Origin: Vibrio cholerae ATCC 14035
GTDB taxonomy: Bacteria > Pseudomonadota > Gammaproteobacteria > Enterobacterales > Vibrionaceae
DNA: 32,000 bases
Assembly: GCF_000621645.1 (NCBI RefSeq)
Contig: NZ_JHXR01000011.1
Coordinates: 30,001 to 62,000, forward strand
Direction of reading: 5' to 3'
Positions 20,954 to 30,198 of the stretch are shown here, piece after piece. Under the pieces are notes generated by a model. That model ran no database searches and was not told the DNA's origin. It saw nothing but the letters and a program-made list of their open reading frames with translations. The position numbers were made by a program, and so were the translations under genes. Positions within the stretch are counted from its first letter, which is position 1. Every line of letters begins with the position of its first letter.

Positions 20954-21220
20954 TTAGTCTTCTTGTACGTTATATTTCTTGTCGAGCGCATTCATGCGCG
21001 CAACATAGACAAAGATCAGGGCAACAAAGGTGTAGATCGAACCTTGTTGCGCGAACCAAAAGCCGAGTTTGAACCCAGCAAATTCAATCGTATTCAGTGC
21101 ATCGACAAACAAAATGCCGGCGCCGAATGAGACTAAAAACCACACTGCAAGCAGTGAGCCCATGATCCCCAAGTTTTCCTTCCAGTAGGCTTGAGCATGT
21201 TCAGATGATTTGAACGCCAT
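20954..21220 (-). CDS. DUF4212 small membrane protein (putative solute:sodium symporter small subunit), 88 aa
   Basis: The product has two TM helices and a WFLVSFG...GF.LGFWFAQQGSIY pattern typical of DUF4212 partners of SSS transporters. A strong SD (GGAAGGAG) precedes ATG 21220. Confidence 0.8.
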   Translation of the reverse strand: MAFKSSEHAQAYWKENLGIMGSLLAVWFLVSFGAGILFVDALNTIEFAGFKLGFWFAQQGSIYTFVALIFVYVARMNALDKKYNVQED

Positions 21221-21598
21221 GGCCTTCTCCTTCCTTTTCGTTATCCCGTTAGAGGTGTTAACACAATGTTACGCATCTTAGGTTAGCAGCCTAATAGCAA
21301 GGGATCTGTGCAACTTTAGTCGGGGGATTTAGGACAAAAAACAGCGTTAAAGCGAAGGGTTATTCGACGGCAGCTATAAAAATGAGATGTTAATCTGATG
21401 TTAATGTAGCCAAAAGTATAACGACGACGAGTGGCGTAATGGTTTTTTTGTCGAGCAAAGCTCGCTAAAGCGTGATTTGTTTACATAAACTTTTCTTAGT
21501 GATGTCATGAATTCGTGCACAATAGGCGGGCAAACTTATTGATAAACAGGGCAATCCGTTAACGACATCAAGTCGTTAATCGCAGACTGGGAGGTAGA

Positions 21599-23344
21599 GT
21601 GGACGCCGTTACGATTAACAGTTTTTTTATGATAGGTGCCTTATTGATAGGCATCAGCGTATTACTTAGCCCTGTCTCCTCGAAATTGGGGATCCCGATT
21701 TTATTGGTGTTTCTCGCGGTTGGTATGTTGGCGGGAGAAGATGGCATTGGACAGATTGCCTTTGATAATTATCCCGTAGCCTATTTAGTCAGTAACCTCG
21801 CTCTGGCGATTATCTTGCTCGATGGCGGGATGCGCACTCGAGTGGCGAGTTTTCGCGTCGCATTCTGGCCTTCGGTCTCTCTCGCAACCTTAGGTGTTGC
21901 TGTGACCACCTTGCTTACTGGTTTGCTCGCGATGTGGCTATTCAATCTGAGCCTACTGCAAGGTGTCTTAGTTGGTGCGATTGTAGGTTCGACGGATGCG
22001 GCGGCGGTATTTTCTCTGCTCAAAGGGCGCAGCCTCAATGAACGGGTTGGTGCAACCTTGGAAATTGAGTCGGGAACCAACGACCCGATGGCGGTGTTTT
22101 TGACCGTTACCTTGATCGCAGTGCTTGGCAGCGCTGAAACCAATTTAAGCGCAGGCTTTTTATTGCTCAGTTTTGCCCAGCAGTTTGGTGTCGGAGCGCT
22201 GCTTGGCTTGGCGGGTGGCTGGATTTTATGGTGGCTAATCAATCGCAACCAATTACCGGAAGGTTTGTACTCGATTCTTGCGGTGAGTGGCGGTTTGATG
22301 ATTTTCGCCTTGTCTAACGCATTGGGTGGCAGCGGAATTTTGTCGATTTATTTGACGGGGTTATTGCTCGGCAATCGTCCTACGCGCAGTCGTCACGCGA
22401 TCCTTAACGTGCTCGATGGCATGACGTGGCTGGCGCAAATTGGCATGTTCTTGGTGCTGGGTTTGTTAGTCACACCATCGGAATTGATGGAGATTGCACT
22501 TCCCGGTTTAGCGTTGGCGGTGGGGATGATCCTCTTTGCGCGCCCCATTGCGGTATGGATTGGCCTTGCGCCGTTTAAAAGTTTTACCGCACGTGAGAAA
22601 TGGTTTGTCTCTTGGGTTGGGCTACGTGGCGCCGTGCCGATCATCCTTGCGGTCTTCCCAATGATGGCGGGTTTGCCCAACGCCCAGCTTTACTTCAACC
22701 TCGCGTTTTTCGTGGTTATGGTGTCGCTGGTGGTGCAGGGTGGAACGCTGACCAAAGCCATGTCGCTGGCTAAAGTGGAACTGCCCCCAAAACCGGAGCC
22801 GATTTCGCGCACGGGCGTGGAAATTTATCCGACCAGCGAGTGGGAGTTGTTTATCTATAAACTCAAAGCCGACAAATGGTGTATCGGTGAGCCGCTGCGC
22901 AATCTCTTTATGCCGGAAGGTACCCGGATTGCGGCGGTGTTTCGCGATAATCAACTGCTGCACCCATCGGGGAGTACCGAATTATGCGAAGGCGACACCT
23001 TGTGTGTGATGGCGCAGGAGCGCGATCTGGAATCGCTCAGTCGTCTATTCAGCGAAGCACCAGAAAAAGCTTCTCTTGCGCGCTTCTTTGGCGACTTTTT
23101 CCTCGATATTGAAGCGAAATTGCAAGATGTGGCTTTGTTGTATGGTCTGGACTTAGGTGAGCTTGAGGCTGACGCTAAGCTTAAAGATCTGGTGTTAGAG
23201 CATTTGGGTGAAACGCCAGTGCTCGGCGATTACTTCGAATGGCATGGTTTGCAATGGGTGGTCGCCGATGTAGTGGACTGGAAAGTGACCAAAATCGGTC
23301 TGCGCTTACCGCCCGAAGAAGAGCTACAAGAAGGCGCCGAGTAA
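21599..23344 (+). CDS. nhaP2: K+/H+ (cation:proton) antiporter NhaP2/CvrA, CPA1 family with C-terminal TrkA-C-like domain, 581 aa
   Basis: The N-terminus is a 12-13 TM Na_H_exchanger domain (GEDGIG, LDGGMRT, ESGTNDP). The C-terminus is a soluble regulatory domain. The start is GTG 21599, preceded by GGGAGG. Confidence 0.85.
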
Positions 23345-23425
23345 CGATCGTTTGCGCCTTGACGTTGAGGTGGTGTTCAACGCCGACCAGCAATGGCAAG
23401 GCGTTTGGGTATAGCGCGAGTAAGC

Positions 23426-23461
23426 AGAAATGAGCGAGTAGATCACTCGCTCATTTCTTTT
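23426..23461 (+). terminator. Terminator for nhaP2; one arm is the 3' end of the convergent regulator gene
   Basis: A 14-bp perfect stem (agaaatgagcgagt / actcgctcatttct) with a 5-nt loop is followed by TTT on the plus strand. Confidence 0.65.
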
Positions 23462-24072
23462 AGCAAGATCACTGCTTGAGTGCGGTTTTTCACCCCAAGT
23501 TTGCGGAAAATGGCCGTCATATGCGCTTTTATGGTGGCTTCCGACACATTCAATTCATAAGCAATCTGCTTGTTGAGCAGACCATCAGACAGCATGCCAA
23601 GTACCTTGTATTGCTGCGGAGTCAGCGCGGCGACTTTTTCCGCTAGGTCATTACCGACAAAGCCATCAACCAGTAAATGTGCGGGGAAATAAGGCTCGCC
23701 GTTGAGCACTTGATTGAGCGCGGCAATCAGGCTGCGCATATCGCTCGATTTTGGAATAAAGCCAAACGCGCCGTGACTTTTCACCTGCGATACCACGCTA
23801 GGTTCTTCACTAGCGGAAATGACTACTATCGGTAAATCTGGGTATTCGGAACGCAAGTGAATCAAACCTGACATGCCATTGGCGCCGGGCATTTTCAGAT
23901 CCAGCAGCAGCAGGTCGGGCTCTGATTCTTTATTGAGTAGGGTGAGCAAAGCATCCAGCGAGTCCGCTTCCAGCAAATTCGCACCGCTGATCGCCATGTG
24001 CACCGATTGAAACAGCGCGTTACGAAACAGGGGATGGTCATCAGCAATGATGATGGTGTAGGTCGAGTCCAT
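23443..24072 (-). CDS. NarL/FixJ (LuxR-type HTH) response regulator, CrbR-like, 209 aa
   Basis: The product has a receiver domain (IIIADDHPLF, LLLLDLKMPG, phospho-acceptor Asp context) and a C-terminal LuxR HTH (LTPQQYKVLGMLSDGLLNKQIAYELNVSEATIKAHMTAIFRKLGV). No kinase gene is present in the window. Confidence 0.85.
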   Translation of the reverse strand: MDSTYTIIIADDHPLFRNALFQSVHMAISGANLLEADSLDALLTLLNKESEPDLLLLDLKMPGANGMSGLIHLRSEYPDLPIVVISASEEPSVVSQVKSHGAFGFIPKSSDMRSLIAALNQVLNGEPYFPAHLLVDGFVGNDLAEKVAALTPQQYKVLGMLSDGLLNKQIAYELNVSEATIKAHMTAIFRKLGVKNRTQAVILLKEMSE

Positions 24073-24244
24073 GACGTCACAACAGGTTTACCAAACAGTT
24101 ATAGGAATTATTGTTCTGTTTAGCACAGTGAACAATCTTTACCCGTTAAAAGTCTGAACTGTATCCCTTTTTAAATGCATGAGTTTGAATAGCGAACACG
24201 ATTTCGGTGGCGTCGCCCCACCGCAGTGCGAATGGGGCGACAAC

Positions 24245-26047
24245 TTATAAACCTTGTTGTGTGAGATGGTCGAGAAACGGTTGCGCGGCCATAAAACCGG
24301 TAATACGAGCATTCGGTACTGGCTCGCCTTGCGCGTTCCAAAACTCAATGGTTGGCAAACCGAGCACATTCAGTGCCTTGAGTAACTCAATATCCTGCGG
24401 CTGATTTTTAGTGACATCGGCTTGCAGCAGTACAAAGCCGCTGAGCTTGGTTTCCACTTGCTTGGCGTGAAAGGTGTATTTCTCAAACTCTTTACAGGCC
24501 ACGCACCAATCCGCGTAGAAATCGAGCATCACAGGTTTGCCTTGTGCTTTAGCCTCTGCCAGTGCGCTTTGCAGCTCGCTCAGGTTAGCGATGCGAGTAA
24601 ATTGGATCTGTTTGACCTGCTGAGCGGTTTGAGTCGGTGCCAACCAGCGATTAAGCAGGGGCTGGGCGGAAGCCAGCAGTCCTAAAATCGCGACTATCCC
24701 AATTAAGCTCTGTTTCCAACCACCAAACGGCAGGCTGTTTTTGACATGGTACAGCCAGCCAAACGCCGCTAAACCGAGAGCCGACCACAGCACGCTGGAC
24801 CAAAACTCAGGCACAATGCGCTCAAGCAGGAAAATCGGCGCCGCGAGCAGTACAAAACCGAACAGGGTTTTCACTCGCTCCATCCAGTTGCCCGCTTTAG
24901 GCAGCAATTTATTGCCAAACACGGCCACCAAAATCAGCGGAATCCCCATGCCGATGGCGAGCGCGTACAGGGCGACCGCGCCCGTGAGCAGATCGCCACT
25001 TTGCGCCACATAAAGCAGGGCGCCAGAAAGTGGCGCAGTGGTACAAGGCGAGCAGACCAAGCCTGAGATGGCGCCCATGGCAAACACACCGGGTAGGCTG
25101 CCACCTTGCTGAGCGTTACTCAATGAATTCAGCCAAGTCTGCACCCCGCTTGGTAACTGCAGGCTGTACAAACCAAACATGGAAAGGGCGAGCGCCACAA
25201 ACAGCACGCTTAAACCCATCAGCACATAAGGGTGTTGTAGTGCGGCTTGAAATTGCAATCCAGCCGAAGCGACCACTAACCCAAGCAGGGTGTAAGTGAG
25301 CGCCATGCCTTGCACGTAAATCACGCTGAGCAGTAACGCGCGGCGTTGGGTGAGCTGGGCACCGCCAAGTACGATACTGGTTAAAATCGGATACATGGGC
25401 AGCACGCAAGGAGTGAAAGCCAGACCAACCCCAAGCGCTAAAAACAGCAGTGGCGTCCACCAATTTTGCGCCAGTTTGTTGGCCAGTGAATCTTGGGCAG
25501 ACGTGGGGGCGTTATCGGTTTGTGGCAGTGTTGTTTGTGTTGATGTGTTGGTCTTAGGCTCGATAACGCGGTTTGATTCTGCGTTAAATGGCGTAATGTC
25601 GATCACTCGAGTTTCTGGTGGATAGCAGAAACCTGCTTTGGCGCAGCCTTGATACTGCACGATGACTTTGGCTCCGCTTTGATAAGCCACCAAAGGCAGC
25701 GGAACAGATAAAGGTGTTGTGTAGATTTTCACATCACCAAAAAACTCATCGTGATAAGGCTCACCTTCGGTCAATGAGTACTCACCGATCTCAAGATTTT
25801 CACCACTGATGCTGATCCTGTCTTGATAGAGGTAATATCCCTCTTTGACTTGCCAATCGATAAACAAGGTTGAGCCTTGCTGGAACGCATTAAACGGAAA
25901 CGCTTCATCGACCGGAACAAAACGGTTTTGTGTCGGAGCAAAGCTTGCAGTGCCTGTGTTATTGCCAGCGTTATTACCAAAGATCGCCCAAGCGGGTTGG
26001 GTAAGCAGGGCGAACAGCAGTGAAAAACAGAGTATCAGTGTGCGCAT
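24245..26047 (-). CDS. dsbD: Thiol:disulfide interchange protein DsbD, 600 aa
   Basis: The product has a signal peptide, an N-terminal alpha domain, a TM beta domain with Cys motifs ([19 protein letters not shown]) and a C-terminal thioredoxin domain (YADWCVACK). Confidence 0.9.
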   Translation of the reverse strand: MRTLILCFSLLFALLTQPAWAIFGNNAGNNTGTASFAPTQNRFVPVDEAFPFNAFQQGSTLFIDWQVKEGYYLYQDRISISGENLEIGEYSLTEGEPYHDEFFGDVKIYTTPLSVPLPLVAYQSGAKVIVQYQGCAKAGFCYPPETRVIDITPFNAESNRVIEPKTNTSTQTTLPQTDNAPTSAQDSLANKLAQNWWTPLLFLALGVGLAFTPCVLPMYPILTSIVLGGAQLTQRRALLLSVIYVQGMALTYTLLGLVVASAGLQFQAALQHPYVLMGLSVLFVALALSMFGLYSLQLPSGVQTWLNSLSNAQQGGSLPGVFAMGAISGLVCSPCTTAPLSGALLYVAQSGDLLTGAVALYALAIGMGIPLILVAVFGNKLLPKAGNWMERVKTLFGFVLLAAPIFLLERIVPEFWSSVLWSALGLAAFGWLYHVKNSLPFGGWKQSLIGIVAILGLLASAQPLLNRWLAPTQTAQQVKQIQFTRIANLSELQSALAEAKAQGKPVMLDFYADWCVACKEFEKYTFHAKQVETKLSGFVLLQADVTKNQPQDIELLKALNVLGLPTIEFWNAQGEPVPNARITGFMAAQPFLDHLTQQGL

Positions 26048-26136
26048 GAGTCAAATCGTGATTAATCATTTACCGGTGATAGTAACCCAATCAGACCCGA
26101 GAAGGGCGCAATAAGTTTCAATAAGATGAACATCAA

Positions 26137-26161
26137 CAAGGGAAGCCAGTGGCTTCCCTTG
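26137..26161 (-). terminator. Probable terminator after the pullulanase gene
   Basis: An 11-bp perfect stem (caagggaagcc / ggcttcccttg) with a 3-nt loop lies 4 nt after the stop codon. The trailing sequence on the minus strand is T-rich but has no clean T-run. Confidence 0.45.
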
Positions 26162-26164
26162 TCA

Positions 26165-29100
26165 TTAGGTGTTGTTGATTCGAGGATGCGAAAGCTTTCC
26201 CCTTACTTTAGGATGTCGTTTTTCAAAGACGGCGACTGACCATGCAGGAACGCTCAGTCGCTGGTTAACAACGCTCGCGGCTACGCCATTATAAGCGATG
26301 GAACGATTACCCAGATCCGCTTGAATGGCATGCAACTGATAATCGGTGGCATCAAAGTGGGCAAACTCGGTGAGCGGTGTTGGGCTGGCGTTGAGTACCA
26401 CCACCAAGCCTGATCGCGCAGCATCGAGGGAAGCATCATGCAGATCGCCTTGGTTATCAATGCTCATCACTATGACGCCCGGAATTTGCTCACTGCCTGT
26501 GTTGTGGAAATGGACGCGTTTGATGATCTCACTGCCTTTGCCTAACGTGAGTAGGGATGACGAGCGACGCAGTTGCACCAATTCATTGAAATAATCATTC
26601 ATGGTGGTAATGTCGACGGCTTGTGGCTCGGCATTGGCTCCGGCTTGTGCAATCACGGTTTCAATGATCGACCAGTTGCTGCCGTCCTTGTCTTGACGTG
26701 GCAGGCCCACATTCCAGTTATTGCTGGTTTTGCTAAAATCAACGCGGTTATACCAGTCACCAGAGTCGTAAGAGTCACGCTGCATGGATTTAGAACGCAG
26801 TAACTCGCTTCCCATGTGTACAAAAGGCACACCTTGGCCTAATACCGCCGTCGCTAAGCTGACCGCTTGCATGTGCACTCGAGTGTGTAGTGGCAGCGCA
26901 TAGTCAATTTTGTACTGCTGGTTATCCCACAAGGTTTGGTTATCGTGCTTAGAAACATAGTTTTGGATCTCCCATGCATCATTGGCATAACCTGCCGCTT
27001 GGCCGTTGTAGTCGAGTTCTGAGCCCTTGATGGTGTTGCCTGTTTGGTCAATAAAGGTGAAGGCTTTTAAATTCCCAGCCATACCAAGGCGAGTTAAATC
27101 TGCCAAGTGCAGTGCTTGAGCTCGCGTGTTGTTGCTCAGATCATTTTTTTGCACATAAATACCGTTACCCCAGCCTTGGTTAGCGCGTAGGCTCGCTTCG
27201 CCATCAAATGGGCCGCCACCGCGCACGGCATCACGCAGACGATCTGAAAACGAGCCAATGCCCGTTCCGGCCAAATTGGGTTGGGTTGCCTGTTTGAATT
27301 GGCGATCATTCGCCACTTCGCCAAAGTTCCAACCTTCGCCGTAGAAGTAAACATCAGGATTGATTTGCTTGGCCGCCGTTAAGGTTTGCTCAATTTGCGC
27401 CAGTGGGTGATGTCCCATCAAATCCCAGCGGAAGGCATCGATTTTGTACTCTTTAACCCAAGTACGAATCGAATCATCAATCAACTTAGCAAACATGCGA
27501 TTTTCCGGTGCGGTATTCGAGCAGCAAGTAGAATTCTCGACCTGACCACTCCACTCATTCAAGCGTTGGTAGTACCAAGGGACGATGCGATCCAGTACCG
27601 ATTTATCCGAAACCCCCGCTTCGTTGGTGTGGTTGTAAACCACATCCATCACCACATTCATCCCAATCTCTTGTTTGACCGCTTGCACCATCTCACGAAA
27701 TTCTTTGATGCGGGTAACGCCGTCAGGTTGAGTGGCATACGAGCCTTCAGGCACGGTGTAGTGGAACGGATCATAGCCCCAGTTGAAGCTATCCACATCA
27801 CGCAGAAAACCATTTAAACGCTGCACGAGAGGCTGCTCTTTCGAGTCTTTGGCTTTTAACGTGGTAAAGACGCTTTGCAGTGTGTCATTACCAGTGCAGT
27901 AAGCCGCTAAGTCACTGTCGTTTTTGAGTACGGGTTTGAGATCACACAAACGGCTAAATGGCTGATCCAAATTGACCACTTGCTCTGGGTCTTCATTGAT
28001 GGTGGCAATATCAAACACGGGCAGCAAATGCAGATGGGTCACACCAGAACGAGCTAGCTGTTTTAAATGTTGTACGGGCTGACTCTCTTGCTCGCTAAAG
28101 GCGGCAAATTTACCGCGGTGCGCCGAAGTGACGGTGGTGTCGTGGGCAGAAAAATCACGGACGTGAGCTTCATACAAAATAAAATCGGCACGCTCGTGTT
28201 GTGGATGTGGCGCAGCTAACGTATCCCAGCCCTCAGGTTTGAGATCGGCATGATTGAGATCCACTACCTGACTGTAGAGTGAATTGATGGCCAAACTGTG
28301 CGAGTAAGGGTCTGTCACTTGATAGGTTTCAATCTGGTCAGTCGCAGGGTGATAGACGGTGATTTGTAGTAATCGCCATGCGCCAGTGCTGTGTTGACGG
28401 CACTCCAACTGCCTGACTGGGTATCAAAGCTCATCGCAATCGGTGTTTTGGCTTGTTTATCCGTCCCGTAAGGGATCAGCGATACCGCTTGCGCTGTCGG
28501 AGCCCATAAGCGGAAAGTGGTGCTGCCATCAGGATTGATCAGTGCGCCATATTGCAAAGTGCTCGCGCTATCCGCATACAGCGCATCCAAGGCACTGGCG
28601 GGCTGTACTTCGGTTGCTAAAAGGACGCCTGTGGTATCACTGGCAACCAGTAACAGTTGGCCTTGCAATAAGGTTTTGAGATCTAACCCTGCGGCTTGGA
28701 AATCAAACTCAAAGCCACGAAAGCCTGAGGTCAAATGCGGTTTTTGCGCTTGCCATTCGGTGCCGCTTGGGCGCTGAGAGGTAATCGTATGGTCGGCATT
28801 GAGTACGGTTTTACTGGCACTGTCAAAACGGAGTTGACCTTGTCGGGAGTAATACAGAGTGGCTGATGTCGCTTCCAGATTGCCCACCAGTAAGGTCGAC
28901 GCATCCGCAAAAATCGCGCTTGCACCACTCAGTTCAACCTGATTTTGTGGCCGTTTTGCCAAAGGCTGGTAGTAAATTTTGTCGGTGCCTTTGAACACAA
29001 AGCCGATAGGGCCAATCGCTCCCGTTTTGGTGAAATCTAGTTTCAAATTGGCGGTTTGATAGTCGCCGTTGGTTTTATTGTTGGGGATAACATTGATGCA

Positions 29101-29805
29101 GTTATCGCGGCCATTAATCGGTAAATCCCAATAAGGGCCATAGGTTTTACTGTATCCGCTCGGCGCGATGCCCGGCCAAGCTGAATTGCTGGCCGCATAG
29201 TTTTGGCATTCACCTTCATTCCACACATGCAGGGTGAAGAAGCTTTCATCGCCATCTTGCGTATTGAGATACAGGCGCGCGGTATTGGCCGGCAGTGCAT
29301 TACGGGGGATTAACTCTGGATAGACTGCCGCAACGCCTTGCTGGGTGTAAACCGCATTACCCGCACCTAACTGAGTTAAATCGACTTTGGCATCGTAATC
29401 GCCCAGTGGTTTTTGCCCATCAATCCGTGGAATAAAGTTAATGCACTGAGTGGACTCATTCGCATGATAGGGCAACTCCCAATAGGCGCCTAACTCATCA
29501 TCAATCCCGGTGGGCAATAGACCCTTGGCCCAATCGTTCGCGTCAGGGTTATTGCCCGCATAGGCCGCGCACTGCTCATTGTTCCAAACATAAAGAGAAG
29601 CTTTGCTGTAAGGCGAGCTGTCACCACTGCGCTGGGCGGTGGTCGCTTGGTAATAGACTTTCACCAACTGTTGAGGGGTGACTGGGCCTTGGGTGTTGTT
29701 ATCTGGATTAGTGTTTGACTCATTGCAGCCGAGCAGCACGGTACTGGCCAACATCGGCAGCAGCACGCGATTCACGCGTGAGAGATTGAAAGTAGGATTA
29801 TTCAC
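26165..29805 (-). pseudogene. pulA: Type I pullulanase (GH13, lipoprotein, PulA-like) interrupted by a frameshift
   Basis: Two same-strand ORFs (28315-29805 and 26165-28408) overlap by 94 nt. The total span of 3641 nt is not a multiple of 3. The N-terminal part has a lipobox (LLGC) and two tandem CBM41/PUD-like repeats. The C-terminal part has YNWGYDP and GH13 regions DVVYNH, FRWDLMGH, YGEGW and YVSKHDN. The frames can be joined around GDYYK | ITVYHP. Confidence 0.8.
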
Positions 29806-30157
29806 GTTCTCGTTCCTTAGAATTATAGAGGTTGTTGTTCAACACTATGAATAGGCTAAGGAAAATGCTGGGCTACGGAGTGTGAGACAACTCAATAAAG
29901 ATCTTTTCGATGAAGAAAAATCCTCAAGCAGGGTAGAACATCACGAATGGTGGGAGGAGGAGCCGTGATTTAGAGCACGGATTGTAGGGTGAGATGACGT
30001 GCTATACAGAGCAAAGCCCTACTGAGTGCGCCAGTTAGCCTCGCTTTGCCTGATGGTGATGACAAGGTAGGGTTTGAAACGGATCGCATTTCTCAAGAAG
30101 ATGATTTTCGAGAGAAATAAAGCTCCTCCAATCAGGAGAATGGCGATTGGCAGCGAC

Positions 30158-30179
30158 AAAAAAGGGAGCCGCAGCTCCC
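30158..30179 (-). terminator. Rho-independent terminator after dcuA
   Basis: On the minus strand, GGGAGC-tgcg-GCTCCC is followed by TTTTTTG (plus-strand A-run 30158-30163). It lies 20 nt after the dcuA stop. Confidence 0.8.
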
Positions 30180-30198
30180 ATGATTTTGCACTTTATTC

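Noticed and set aside
21297-21313. Sigma54-like TTGCAC-N7-TTGC on the minus strand upstream of the DUF4212/SSS operon.
   Set aside because: It has TG instead of the invariant GG at -24, and 12 nt instead of 10 nt between the GG and GC elements. The adjacent regulator is also not an enhancer-binding protein.
28355-28375. Programmed -1 ribosomal frameshift or transcriptional slippage as the explanation for the split pullulanase.
   Set aside because: The junction (tac tac aaa tca) is not an X XXY YYZ slippery heptamer, and neither tRNA could re-pair in the -1 frame. The A-run is only 3 nt, far too short for polymerase slippage. No downstream pseudoknot-like structure stood out. A mutation or sequencing error is more parsimonious.
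29822-29827. Minus-strand TATAAT with TTGAAC nearby, just upstream of the pulA start.
   Set aside because: The spacer between the hexamers is only 9 nt. The predicted TSS would fall inside the Shine-Dalgarno sequence, 10 nt from the GTG. It is unlikely to be the functional promoter.
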